Origin: Octopus vulgaris
Lineage: Eukaryota
Direction: 5' to 3'
Assembly: GCA_951406725.2 (NCBI GenBank)
Contig: OX597825.1
Coordinates: forward strand, 2,108,001 to 2,172,000
DNA length: 64,000 nt
Within the stretch, counting starts at the first letter, position 1. Each line of letters starts with the position of its first letter. This document shows positions 12,530 through 26,704 of the stretch, one piece after another. Made by a program: the position numbers and the translations under genes. The notes beneath the pieces were generated by a model. The model was not told the DNA's origin, did not search any database, and saw only the letters and a list, made by a program, of their open reading frames with translations.

Positions 12530-13150
12530 CCATATTCAGATAAAGCGGGGCATAGACGATTCCAGTTATGAGGAATTATGCAATTAAATGACGTTAGCAT
12601 AAACTGGAAACATTTCGAAATAATGCCGAGACAAATATTGAAGTTAAAGTCATGTTTACAAAGGAGTTAACTACAATTAGTATTTACGGTTTGGAAGTTA
12701 AAAAAAAATGCACTATTAATATAATGGCTTTTAGTGAGACTTCTATGACCACTCCAATTGTCTGACATAATACTGAGGGAAGATAGGACAACAGAAAGTT
12801 GTATAAGCAGGTTCCTACACAAAGCCATCCAGTTTCTGCTTCATTTATAAAGTATGGTGCTACAACCTGTAACATCCTTGTTTGGAGGTTAAATAGTAAA
12901 AGTACGTTATCGCCGAGGCTACGGAACTTCATTGTTCATTTAGGCGAGCCAAGAACTTTCACAGGAACTAAATGGAATTTGAGGATCCAAGTTAAGGTGA
13001 GGCCGTCACAAAAACGAAACAGATGATAAGTGTTTTGCTGAAAAATTGCGGAAATGTAGCGCACAGGGAAGAGAGACACTGATATACCCGAATCAGGTCA
13101 TATATAGTAAGCGAAAGAACTCGACGAAATCCGAAAGAGAAGAATGCTAG
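12530..13150 (+). pseudogene. Possible decayed Gypsy/Ty3 integrase and pol C-terminal remnant
   Basis: Weak ordered motifs: SDKAG, TNIEVK (cf. ANGEVE), TTP, NRKLYKQVP (cf. NRKLRTxLP), RTFTGTKW, SERTRRNP. Many stops. Confidence 0.3.
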
Positions 13151-13365
13151 TGTGCACATTACTCCTAAGAGTGGTATAGAATGTGCTACCGTTCCTGACC
13201 AATATATTTTACCAGTGATGTTAGAACGACATGGATGAATGTTATCGCAGCATACTTTACCAGGCTGCAAGTAAAATCGTGCAGCATTCAGTTAAAATTC
13301 CTTGATTAATGGTACCATTACATATTGAATTCCGTTATTTATCACAGAATTCTATCTATCTATCC

Positions 13366-13431
<66 letters not shown>

Positions 13432-13495
13432 TTATCAAATTATCTATCTTTACACGCATACACACACACATATATATACGTGCACAAATATCTAG

Positions 13496-13530
<35 letters not shown>

Positions 13531-13533
13531 CAT

Positions 13534-13578
<45 letters not shown>

Positions 13579-13693
13579 TGCATAGATATATACAAACATG
13601 CATGAACATTCATAGGTATGTACAAATATATACATACAAGGAATATTTTTCTGTGGTAAGGGAGATAGCTTTTATCATATTTGTTTGCTGCTT

Positions 13694-13696
<3 letters not shown>

Positions 13697-13786
<90 letters not shown>

Positions 13787-13799
13787 TTACTACTACTAC
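13697..13799. repeat. (TAC)n trinucleotide microsatellite
   Basis: Direct reading; explains the poly-Y and poly-L ORFs. Confidence 0.97.
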
Positions 13800-14429
13800 A
13801 GCAAAAACAACAACAACAGTGGCAACGGTTTTCCAATTGCAGCGTTATGCTTAATCCATTTCCAAGTTAATTGGTTGTAATAATGCAAATAAAATTCCCA
13901 TTACATACACGTATTTCGATTCTTAATTGATCTCAACAGTGTAGCATTAAATTTTAATTTTAAATTCATTTATTTATGGAAATCAGTGAAGTGTTATATA
14001 TATATAGACACAGACACACACACATACACATATATGTGTGTGTGTTGTGTACAAATGTATACGTATATATTTATATATACATGTATAAACGTATGCATGT
14101 AAGCATGCATGCATCTCTCTCTCTATATATATATATACAAGAGCTACGGAGTGGAGTAGGCAAGTTCTGGGTTACATATGTTTCATTGCGAGCGGAACAT
14201 TAGAAGTGGTAAAATTCCAAGCGAGGTGTATACCGCGGGCTACGCTTCTATGTATGTATGTATGTATGTATGTATACACAAACACACAATCAATATACAC
14301 ACACATATATATATGTATATATATATATAAAGTTAATCCAAACAAGAAAACACAAAAAAACACAACAACGCGAGGAGGTGGAACAAATATAGTATTATTG
14401 GACGCTCAGAAAATAAGGGAAGAAGGAGG

Positions 14430-14464
14430 GTTTAACGTTTCGAGCGGAGCTCTTCGTCGGAAAC
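14430..14464 (-). ncRNA. Minimal hammerhead-like motif with U4C core variant, in a ~190-bp insert (14330-14520) between microsatellites
   Basis: Minus strand: GTTT-CCGACGA-A-GAGC-TCC-GCTC-GAAA-CG-TT-AAAC. This gives a 4-bp stem I, a 4-bp stem II, a palindromic ACGT stem III and a GUU site. Confidence 0.65.
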
Positions 14465-14581
14465 ATAGAAGGAAAGATCCAGAGAAGGGAAGATAGAGGA
14501 AAAAAATCGCCAACGGTGCACACATATATATATATATAAAATATATATATATTACAGATAGACAGACAGATAGACACACAC

Positions 14582-14641
<60 letters not shown>

Positions 14642-14654
14642 GCATATATAAATA

Positions 14655-15075
14655 TATTGGGTTAGCAAGAAAATAATTTCGTTTTTCGCAGAGTTACAAT
14701 TTTTTGAATAATTTTGTCATTGTTATCATTGTATTTCCTTTTGACATTTGATAGCCATTACTTTTAGCCTACTTTATGTGTAAAAGGCTAACTAGCATCT
14801 CTAGTCAGGAGTACAGGCGACAGTGATATTGCTGATGTTCGTTGTGCACTGCGCTGTTGCTGTTTGATTGCTGTTATTCTGTGCGTCTGTGTATCAAGAT
14901 CAGCCATGTTTTGCAGGGTGGCTTCATTTTTACGTCTAACTCAGAGATGGATAAAGACACAGTGCTAGATATATAAAAAAAAAATCCATCTGGGGCTAGA
15001 AATATTGCGGAAAAACGTGAAAAATCTTCGAGCACGCATGTGTGTTATGCGAAATCTCTGTTGAGCCCGAGTCGT
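14655..15075 (+). mobile_element. Mariner-like element remnant (left TIR and start of decayed transposase)
   Basis: TATTGGGTTAGCAAGAAAATAATTTCGTTTTT resembles mariner TIRs of the TTAGGTTGGTGCAAAAGTAATTGCGG type and follows TA. MDK...HLG N-terminal-like fragment from ~14948. Confidence 0.5.
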
Positions 15076-15097
15076 CTCTGATATATATATATATATA

Positions 15098-15198
15098 GCT
15101 TAGCCAGCGGGGTGGCGTCATTCGAAGGCTAAAACAATGCGAACGCATTGTGACCAGCGATGTGTAACTACATACGATGGACTGGTCGGTCACGTGAT

Positions 15199-15200
<2 letters not shown>
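15098..15200 (+). mobile_element. Interspersed repeat fragment (probable SINE 3' tail) within TA tracts
   Basis: GC-richer 100-bp island between (TA)n tracts; recalled as an Octopus repeat tail, with no second copy in the window. Confidence 0.4.
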
Positions 15201-15259
<59 letters not shown>

Positions 15260-15269
15260 ATATAGGTTT

Positions 15270-16189
15270 GAAGGTTTGAAATGCAATTTTAAATTGACCG
15301 GTTTCACTTTTTAGAAAAAGATTGTCAAAAGTTAAATGTAAAGCTTTGTATAAGCTTTGTTGAGTTAAGTAATGGTTGTCAAAATAGTGTTAAAATACAT
15401 ATATACATTGTTTGATAATAATAAGAAAATCTTAAAAGCACTTTACAAGAAAGTATTTAAGAAAGTTATTAGGAGTTCAATAAAAATCATGTTTGTTTGG
15501 TAGTATATATGTATACACAGAAGAAGATATATTTAAGAATTTACAAAAAATTGGCGGGGAACCGACCTGTCCTTTTGGCATTTTTCTCTCTTGTGTGTAG
15601 CTAAGGAATGTTTTCTAATTTAAGGGACAGTGTGGGAGATTCATCGGGGTGGGAGGAAGGAAGAGCAATGTGGCATTAAAAGGAGTTTTTTGTTTCTGGG
15701 CTAGTCTGTCATAGTTCAGTGGTTTTGGGGACTGGTCTCAGCGGTCAGAATGATGTGAGAGTGTCGTGTGTCTGTGTGCAGGTCTCTCTCTCTCTCTGTT
15801 TATATACATGTGTTTGTGTTCGTGTGTGTGGGCCGTTTGTTATTGGCCCCAGAGTTTATTGAGGCGAGTGTATATGGGTCTGTGTGTGTTTTATATTTTG
15901 TAGGATAGTATGTGTATATGTTTGTACGTTTGTGTGTGTGTGTGTATGTGTGTGACTAATATTTGGTAGGGTGTTTACTTTCTTTGTAAACTGTTCTTAA
16001 TATTTTCTTATTATTATCAAAGAATGTATAAATGTATTTTAATATTTTTGTGACAACCAGTACTTAACACAACAACACTTATACAAAGATTTACATTTTA
16101 CTTTCACAATCTGTTTCTAAAAAAGTAAAACCGGTCAAGTGAATAAATCGGTCAAGTGAATAAAGTTTTAAAATAGCATTTTCAAACCT

Positions 16190-16191
<2 letters not shown>
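15270..16191. mobile_element. ~920-bp element with ~190-bp diverged terminal inverted repeats, inserted in (TA)n
   Basis: 15270-15455 is the approximate reverse complement of 15976-16191. Both arms carry (G/A)AAACCGGTCAA and TA tracts flank both ends. Confidence 0.7.
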
Positions 16192-16260
<69 letters not shown>

Positions 16261-16269
16261 TTTATGTAC

Positions 16270-16355
<86 letters not shown>

Positions 16356-16747
16356 GGAAAGAGAGAGAGAGAGATAGTGATAGTTATATTGATACCCGCA
16401 TGTATATTATCTGCACACATCCAGGTTTTTGAGGAGATATATAGCAAAGAATTTCATTGTAATCGTTCGCCATGAATACAATATATGTTCCAGAAATACG
16501 TGCCTGAGACGAGTGTGACCTGACTAGTGTCAAGTTATTTATGATAAGGAGGCGAGGTGGCTCTTACATTGACTGAGAGAGAATAATGTCAGAAGTATTA
16601 TTGTAATCCACGATCGAGCGAGTAAAAATCTCTTGCTTTGTATTCGGTTATTTTATCAGTCGGCCACCTTACTTTTATCGGTTATGTTATTGACTTTGCA
16701 AATCCTATACAGACGAGGCGTACATTTTTAGGTATTCAGATGCCGAT

Positions 16748-16820
<73 letters not shown>

Positions 16821-17026
16821 ATCAGAATAGTAAAAAAGACAGGCATGCATATTCAAGTGATACACACACACACAACATAAAAACATGTTCAATCATGCAC
16901 TTATGTCATATAATAAACAATTTCCAGTCAAAATGGCGCATCAAGTCACCATACGTTACTGATTCCTATAGTTACACGCATACATACATACATACATACA
17001 TACATACATACATACATACATACATT

Positions 17027-17063
<37 letters not shown>

Positions 17064-17278
17064 TTATACATACATATGCATATATAAATATATATGTACA
17101 TATATATATATATATACATATATATGCATATATATATATATACATATATATACATATATATATATACATATACATATATATATATATCTATCTACACACA
17201 TATATATATACACATATATATATATATATACGTACATATACATTTATATATGTATATGTATGTATATGTGTATATACA

Positions 17279-17313
<35 letters not shown>

Positions 17314-17345
17314 TACGTATACATAAAAGCATACCTATATGCATA

Positions 17346-17393
<48 letters not shown>

Positions 17394-17985
17394 TCTTCAT
17401 TCTTATTCTTGTCCGCTCTCCATTCATTGAACAATGACCAAACAACAATAACCTTGATTACGCCATTTCTCCACCCCCACCTTCTCCATCTCCCGCTTTA
17501 ATAGGTTTTTTCCATTCTTGCTGTTCGATTTGAGGTCACATAAAATACATAATACAACAGTCTGGTCACAGCATTGCCCAGTGGAATACCAATGATCAAT
17601 GTGCCTGGAGAAAGCATTCTATCAAATCAATTATAACCACAGACATATATTCTACATACACAGCTTCCCCCGATTTACCATATATAATCTATCTCTCTCT
17701 TCTACGCAGGGACGTCTACATTCAGCCTGTGTCATGCCAAAATATGCTGCAGCAGAGTGAAATCGATACAAAATTCTGAAATTACTGTTTTTAGCATTTT
17801 GTTTGATGCCCCTTTCAGTCATTAACAAAATCCGTAGAAAATAGTAATTTACAAAATTGCATTAAAATTACTGTCTTTGAATAAGAATGCATTTTTCCTT
17901 TTCTTTCCTATCATTTATCATACTTGCAGTGTGTGCGTGCGTCTATATAAATAAACGGAAAACACACTCACTTATAGGTTCGTGT

Positions 17986-18032
<47 letters not shown>

Positions 18033-18077
18033 TATATATCTATATATAGTTATATATAAATATAAATAAAAATATAA

Positions 18078-18133
<56 letters not shown>

Positions 18134-18146
18134 AATATAAATATAA

Positions 18147-18177
<31 letters not shown>

Positions 18178-18182
18178 AATAA

Positions 18183-18241
<59 letters not shown>

Positions 18242-18599
18242 ATTCAAATTTAATAGAAAAAAAGACAGGTGTAGGAACAACAAGCAGGTATATAAATAAA
18301 TAGTCAAACAGACAGATATTTATATAAGCGTGTGTGTATGTGTGTGTGTGTGCAGGTGTGTACATATAGCTATGTTGCTATTCATTCATATATCCATACA
18401 TATGTGTGTTAATGAATGCATGAAATATACAGAAACGAATGTGATAGTATGTAGTCTGTTCACGTCACACACGACCACTATTCAGCATTTCAGAGCCGTA
18501 AAAGAGATTGTCGAATCGATCAAATACCTTCTACATGCGTCTGCATCACACACATATTCACGCCCAGGCTAACACATACCTACAGACGACAGTCTGAAT

Positions 18600-19200
18600 G
18601 TGGACTGTTGAATGTAAATTTTTTGATCACATCTATCCGTAGATGGCGAGATAGACGTGACGTGGAGAGTTTAAGTTAGATACAGTATAGTGTTAAAGAT
18701 GGTAACTTGTCATTATGCCTTAATCAAAGTATTAATAGCCCACTTCTCTCTGATTCCCAGTCGCAGGACGGACTGAGCCAATGGTAGATGGCCAATCAGC
18801 ATCATGATGAGAATTCTTTTGAGGTTCAAACATCTTGAAAGGAAATAGCTTGCAGTGTGAATTCACGTGGCGTCCTTTCACAATTGGATAACAGCGTAAT
18901 ACGTCTCTGTTGTTCTCAGATTCTCAGGGACATATTTTTATTGACAAATCAATGTCGAAAATCCTATTCAACAGAGTGTTTGTGTTTTTCGGCAATAATT
19001 CATTGTCACTATTTTTCCCAGTCTCTCTCTTGCTCGAAAACAAAACTTGGTAACCGGGGTATCTCTCTTCTAGTCAGGTTCTGATGCTTACATCTGTGTT
19101 TCTTCTACTCTCAGAGGTAGATGATGAGGACTACTTGCAAACCATCCCCCAAACTCATATTTCTCTACTTCCACGTTGTACAAAGATTTTGCTTAAGCAC
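18600..19200 (-). pseudogene. Possible decayed LINE AP-endonuclease remnant
   Basis: SLYNVE..RVEETQM..PGYQV..EFSHHDADW weakly recall the WN / ET / GY / DFNxHHxxW order; interrupted by stops. Confidence 0.25.
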
Positions 19201-20993
19201 TGGTAGTCTTTAGTGTCTGGCTATGAAACTTCTAACTTTGCAGAACTGAGTTTGTAGTCTTCGATGTTAATGGGAATCCATTATCCCCCCACTGTCTTTA
19301 ATATCTTCGTTCTCATCTATCATCATATGAGCGCCCAAATATGTTCGTTTGTAAAATCCGTTGCAGGCAACAGTTACATCTTGATCCACAGGCTCCACTG
19401 TGAATGTAAAATTGATTAGGAAGAACAAACCCTTTATTTTACCACAGTAACTCACAAATTAATGCGCATCAGCGATAGCAAGTACTTTGTAAAAGACTAA
19501 GGAACTTATACTTCAGTACTGGAAATACTGAGGGCATCGCCCTGATAATTCAGCTCCGATTGAGACATAATATACCTTGCGTTATGTCTTTCAAAATTCG
19601 CCCCATATCACTTTTAAAATACAAACTTGTATGCGTGCCTAAACAAGCCAAAGGTACATTGGATATCTATTAATCGCATGTATGGCATTATCAACGTTTG
19701 GTTTATATGTATTTTACTACGTAGATTCCGACTCGCAGATATTATTGTGTGTGTGTGTGTGTGTGTGTGTGTACGCGCACGTATGTGTGTTGCATGAGTA
19801 TGTGTGAGTATTTGTGGATAGCTAACATGAGTTTTTGCGTTTGAGTGAGGATGTGTATAACTCATTGAGCAAATCTATATGTATGTATATGTAGTTATCA
19901 CCACTATATTTCCATCTGTCCATTTCTGCACGACATAAGCACAGAAGCTAATACAAGACAAAAATGTGTGTTATTTTAAGAAGCTAGAATCTTCTGTATC
20001 TCTCTATCGGCGAAGTGATGTATTTGAATCGGTCACGTGTATACAGTAGCGCCTCTACCTTCACACAGAATACACCATATAACAAGTCGCCAGAGTAAAG
20101 GGAAATAATCGACCATCAGCCACATTGTGATTCACGACTCATTAAGTGTAACAATCTCATTTTCAGTCGTAAATAAACTTAAATATGCTGAGGAAAGCTC
20201 TTACGCAGAAATGTGAAATTCCCTGTAAATAATTTATATTTATGCCTCCAGTGATGGTCTTGCCTGGTCAATGCATTCCTATGGCTAAACGATGATCAAA
20301 AGCTGTTTCATTTATGTATTTTTTGATGTGTAGACGTTTATTATTTATGTGCTTACATGAAAAGCTTGGCAGAATCGTTAGATCGTTCGCCAAAAGAAAC
20401 GCATTCAAAGATTTGTTCGGGCTGTTTGCTTTCTTCGCTTCTCCTTCATCAACTTTCATTCTTAAGCCTCGATGAAATGATGAAACAATGCGACTCTGTA
20501 ATGCTAACGGCTACACTTTACCACATATTTACGGATTTTAAAACCAGAAATCATTATTATTATGCTTATTAATATCTTTTTTTCTTTCTACTAGAGGCAC
20601 AAGGCCTTAAATGTTGAGGGAGGGGAAAAGACGAAAGGCATGTCGAACGCGATGGAAATGAAATTCCGAACGTAAAGCCCGGACAAACATTGATGAGGAT
20701 TATCTCCAGCGTGGAAACGATTCTCCCGCTTTTCTGCTCTCGTACGCGATTTAATATTAACATACGTATCGATGTAACTGTGCGTGCCTATGTGTGTAGG
20801 TACGAATGTGTGTGCATACGTGTAATATAACGTGTGTGCGTGTATGTATGCCTCTTCATATATGCGTCTGTGTGTAATATTTCTGGAATATGCAATACAT
20901 ATTCGAATGTATGCATAGGTACGTGTATCTGCATGAGTCTGTGTTCATATATACGTGCATATGTACATGTTATATATATATGTGTGTGTGTGC

Positions 20994-21044
<51 letters not shown>

Positions 21045-21088
21045 GATAAATATATTTATATATATATGTATATATATGTATATATATA

Positions 21089-21155
<67 letters not shown>

Positions 21156-22237
21156 TATATATATATAAGCATATATGTCTTTGTGTTCATAAGTGTACAC
21201 ATGAGCGTCTCATATGTGTGCGCGTGTGATATTCGTTCATATCAGTCTGTATACATTTGGATGTGTACCTGTGTTTGTTCACGTGTATATGTATGTGCTA
21301 TGCATGTGTTAGCGAAACTTTATTTCCACCTCTGTAAGTATGAGCTGTACATCGGTATGTTTTCCTATAAGCATATATATGTTTGTACGTATTTAAAAGC
21401 ATCTACATACACACGAATGCGTGCAATACTTCTCAGCTATTGTTTACCATCATTTATCTCTAGTTTCAAGTAGCGATCTCGTCTAACGGATACTTGTATT
21501 TGTAAGAAACACAGATCGTTACGTTCTTGGCTAATGGCGATATTAGTTAATGGCGTTATATTAATACATTGGAACTTTCTATTTCCATATTCTTTATTTT
21601 ACACCCATTGTTAAAGAGTTTCTTAATTCCAATTCTGTTTTGATTAACAATAACGAACACAGAATCTATTTTTTAAATCCTAATTTCTCAAGTAATATAA
21701 AACTCTTATCTTCATCTTTCTATCATGAAAATTTGAATGTGATTTCAGAGCTATAAAACTCACAAATTTCTTGCATAATGAGACGTAAAGCAATATTTTA
21801 CCTAACAAAAATTATAGACAAATACAGCAAATAAATTGTAATAATGCCTAGAATCATGAATATGTGTACAAGAGAAAATATATTATACCCAACGTGATAT
21901 GTTAAGTGTAAATTTCAAAAGCCACCTATAATTAATGTTTAGTTTGTCCTGTAGGAAAGATTTATCACTTGGTTGTCTGCATGAATATTTAAGAAAAGTG
22001 CAAGGAAAGAAACTGTCATACACAGACGATGTGCGTAACTATTGTGAAAAACCAATCACAAAATCTGTATAAACTGGCCGCCATAAATTCAAGATGGACT
22101 CCTTGTTTCAAACGCCATATTGTATTGTCACCGACGCAGCTGCTACTCTGTTTTTAGTTTTTGTTTTCTGTTCTTGTTTAGTCTTCGTTCAAACCTGGTC
22201 GAACATATCTATGATGAAAGGCCACGTGATCCCTTAC

Positions 22238-22333
22238 CTCATCTGTGGAGGTATCGGCGATTATCTTATGATATGTCTTTTCCTTTATATTATAGTGCCG
22301 GCTTGTGATACGAGCAATGGCTGAGATTTCCAG
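22238..22333 (-). CDS. Candidate internal exon (96 nt, phase 0-0) of an unidentified host gene
   Basis: Pyrimidine-rich TCTCCATCTTCTATCCTGACTTAG acceptor, open frame LEISAIARITSRHYNIKEKTYHKIIADTSTDE, and GAG|GTAAGG donor. Confidence 0.3.
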
Positions 22334-23852
22334 CTAAGTCAGGATAGAAGATGGAGATTCTTTTCTTAACTGACATTTTGATGGTTAACAAACAGGATCA
22401 TAACATGTATATGTTAACAGATGTTATTTATAGTTCTAGGGAAGGTCTGATAGGAAAGAAAAATCCTCCAAAGCCATCAATCTGAATGTTCATGGTTTTT
22501 ATTATCTATCCTTACTATTTCAAGTGCTGTATTATCCAGTGTATCGTTGCTTTGTTTCAGACAGGATAATGAAACTGGAGGAAGAGTGGCATTTAATTCT
22601 TGCAATTTCAATTACATCGGAGAGACTCCTTCATTAACTTAAAAGATTCCTGATTAAAATAAAAATACGCACTATAATATTAAAAAAATGTCAAAAAGTG
22701 ACAAAATTAGAGAAAGGCATAAAACCTTTGATTACGTGATTGGATCGTAATAATATTCATTTCTACTAATGAAGAATCAAAATAATGAAACGTCGACTAA
22801 ACCTACCTGAAGCTACTAAATCGTAGAATGAAAAGAAAGTTCAAACTCTCTTACTGATGGAAGTCTTGAATTTATAGATGCAATACCAAAAATAGGAATA
22901 TGATGCGATTTGATAAGATGCTCATTCGGGAAACCAGAAAAAGGACGTCACAACACTCTATGGATGTAACAGGGGATAAAATTCGTAACAAAATCAACGA
23001 TAGACATTCCTATTAATTTCTCTACTTTGAAAACAAAGAAGAGAAAAAAACACGGCAGGTGTTGTTTAACTGATCTCTTCTGCCAAACTCCTAGCACTGT
23101 GTATATAAATTTACTGTTAGTTATCAAGGAATGGAGATTTCAAATCGAAAGACGTTTTTTACATGAACGAGGTAGGAAAATGTAAAGGCGCGTTAAATAA
23201 GGACTTGATACTATTCACACAATAGTTAAGCGACTGTTAACATTTTTAATCCTTCAACATTCCGATTTCTTTGTCTATTGTGTTGCTTTATTATTCACAT
23301 TGTTTTGAATTAATCATGCATTATCTTGTAGCTAGAAGATTTCAATGGCAAATTTATATATTTTTAGAATGACATTGTAGGGAAGGTATGATAGGTTGGA
23401 TCTGGTCAGTTTTAACATTAAAAAAAAGGTCGAATAAACACTAAAGGGTTACCGGAAATACAAAAAGAAACGATTATTATGCGAGGAGTAGACGGCAGTT
23501 GCCGAAGGTATCACGCAGTGGGACTGAACCCAGAACCGTGTGGTTCGGAAGCAAGCATCTTGACACACAACTTCGCCTGCGTCGATTTCTGCAACAATTT
23601 TATGAAACAGCAATACTTTATGTTCTTACATCAATACATTCACAAGTTTAAAAAATCCTCCATCTTATAAACATCTATGCGGCAGCTCTAACAGCTGCTG
23701 ACTTGCACCCTTGGTCAATTTTACAGACGATTGTATTTGTTTCCCAACCACACGGTTCTGGGTTCAATCCAACTGTGCGGCTGACCAAAACCACATGAGT
23801 CGATTTGGTAGACGGAAAGACAAAGAAGCCCGTCGTATATATATATATATAT

Positions 23853-24250
23853 AGGCGCAGGAGTGACTGTGTGGTAAGTAGTTTGCTAACCAACCACGTG
23901 GTTCCGGGTCCAGTCCCACTTCGTGGCATCTTGGGCAAGTGTCTTCTGCTATAGCCCCGGGCCGACCAATGCCTTGTGAGTGAATTTGGTAGACGGAAAC
24001 TGAAAGAAGCCTGTCGTATATATGTATATATATATATGTGTGTGTGTGTGTGTTTGTGTGTGTGTGTTTGTCCCCCTAGCATTGCTTGACAAACGATGCT
24101 GGTGTGTTAACGTCCCCGTCACTTAGCGGTTCGGCAAAAGAGACCGATATAATAAGTACTGGGCTTACAAAGAATAAGTCCCGGGGTCGATTTGCTCGAC
24201 TAAAGGCGGTGCTCCAGCATGGCCGCAGTCAAATGACTGAAACAAGTAAC
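23853..24250 (+). mobile_element. SINE family A, full length: tRNA-like head, CORE-like block, internal (TA)/(TG) linker, 3' tail
   Basis: A/B-box-like head and CATCTTGGGCAAGTGTCTT CORE-like motif; ends ATGACTGAAACAAGTAA. Partial neighbours at 23498-23583 (-), 23736-23836 (+) and 24262-24490 (+). Confidence 0.9.
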
Positions 24251-24521
24251 AAAAAATTATATTTGTGCGTGTGTGTGTGTGTGTGTTTTTCTGTGCTTGT
24301 TCCCCCAACACCGCTTGACATCTAGTGCTGGTGTGTTTACGCTCCTCTAGCTTAGTGGTTCGGTAAAAGGGGCTGATACAATAAATAAAAGGCCTAAAAT
24401 ATAATGTCCTGGGATCGATTTGTTCGATTAAAAACCCTTCAAGGTGGTGCTCCGGCATGGCCGCAGTCAGGTGACTGAAACAAGTAAATGAATAAAAGAA
24501 GGAGTAAATGAATATGTACCC

Positions 24522-24624
<103 letters not shown>

Positions 24625-26704
24625 GTATGTATGTATGTATGTATATACATATGTGTATATATGCCTGCCCTTTTAAAAAATGTCTATTAATATCCTTCCC
24701 AGAAGGAAGGAGCTGCTTTCTAACAAGGAAGTCGAAATCTAAATTAATTGGAATTTGGATAAGATCAGCTATAAGTGTTTCGTAGCTGTGGAGGTGCTGC
24801 TTTCGAAGTCACGAACCGTCGTATAAAGCAAAATCCTATGGGTTAAAAATCCTGTAGAGTTGCAGGGAGAAACGTTAAAAATCACAATTTAGACGATCTT
24901 CTGCGCCTGTACGCCTGTCGCTGACGGCTAATGCATGTATGAATGTAAGTATGCACACACGTGTACGTATATGTGCGTGCATGTGTGTGTGTCTGTTTAT
25001 ATGTGTGTGTATGCATGTATCTATGCATATGAGTGTACTTAAATATATGTGATTGTGTGTCTGTGGTTTTGTGTCTGTGCATGTATGTGTTTTCTTATGT
25101 GCGCCTGCGTGTTGGTGTGTGTGTGTGTGTGTACAATAGAAAGTTTAATAGAAACAGTAATGGCAGAGTATTGTTCGATATTCAGTTCTTCTTCACAATA
25201 AAGTACGAGGCATACAAAATAAAATAAACGCAAGAGCGCAAAAGCTGACTGTTGCAACGTCTTTTGATCAAGGATCTGCCAAGTCTGTGATACAACTAAA
25301 TAACAACGGCAATATGGCCGCAGTGCAGAAATATTAGACACAAAGTACAACAAAATTCTAAGCTTTGAAGAATAACAACCGAGAGATATTGTAAGATGTT
25401 ATGATATGAAGAAGCTTTTGAAAGGAATCATTCGCTTTGCCAACATCAAAAAGAGAAAGCGCTGAGTATATATAAATATGTAGAGAATAACTGTTTGAAT
25501 GTTGCCTTGATCGTCAACAGGAGCCTTACAGGCGCCGGAAATCTCAACAGAGTCGCTTGAAATAGCAACCAAATTTCTTTAAGAAAAAAACGTTATTTCT
25601 TAGCTGTCGGGATGAAAACAATTCGAATGTCTTTCATCATTGGTCAGCTCGATTGGAATCTCCACTGGGTTAAATAATAACAACAACAACAACGGCAGTA
25701 GCATTAACAACGAGAAAAACTGCATGATAGGCGATGGTTGAATCAATGAGACGCTACGAAGCTAATGAAGTATCCTGGACTGAGCTGATGAGAGAGCCTC
25801 GACGGTAGTCACCAGATGTACTAGATGTAGCTACAAAACATCCCTCAAATTTAAGATAAAAACAGGATTATCGGAACTGCAAACCCTTTTAGTCACAGTC
25901 TTCCCATTTAGAGCTTACAAGGGGCTAAACGGCATCACCAACTTCGGATACAGCAGGAGTTCAGGTATCATTAGCGAGAAACCTTTTAGAGCAGTTTATG
26001 ACAATACGAATCTTTAACTTGGAAAACTCTACTTGATCGCGTCGTCTGCTATCAACAGCGGTTAAAACTTTATCGAATTACTCGAGATTTACAAAAGGAT
26101 AGGCTAGTAAATACACCCTTGTGTTCAGTACACCTATGAAAAAACTACATTTTGGTCACGATTAAATATCCATTTGACCATCGGTGAATTTCATGAAAAG
26201 TGATTTACAACTAAACCACAAAAACTATAATAGGTGAAATACAGCAGAGTGCGCAAACCAATAAGAGAACCTTCATAATGAAGATTGATCGGTGAGGCAT
26301 ATCAGCCTTTACGCAGCCCAAAACAGACTCTATCGTCTCAAATAGAAAGAGTATATTGAATGATTGTGATATCTAATACAGAAAATAATGGTATGATAAC
26401 GACTAGAACCTCTTTCATCATAGATCTCATTATTCGGAGATGACATGGTATGAAACAAAAATGACGGCAATAGTAAGTTTATTATGAAATGAAAGGTGTC
26501 CAGGGAAGGAAGGTTGAGAGATTATTTCGAATGGGAAGGAAAATTAGTCCCATGTTTCGTTTAGTCTTGTGTTTTGATGGGAGGAAAGATTTTATTTGGA
26601 GAATAAAGTCATTATATTCATAAACAAGATTACCTTCCTGCATCACACTCAGCGTGTTGCAAAAGAAGAAGCGTCCATCGTTTTTGTATATCTTTTATAC
26701 TTTA

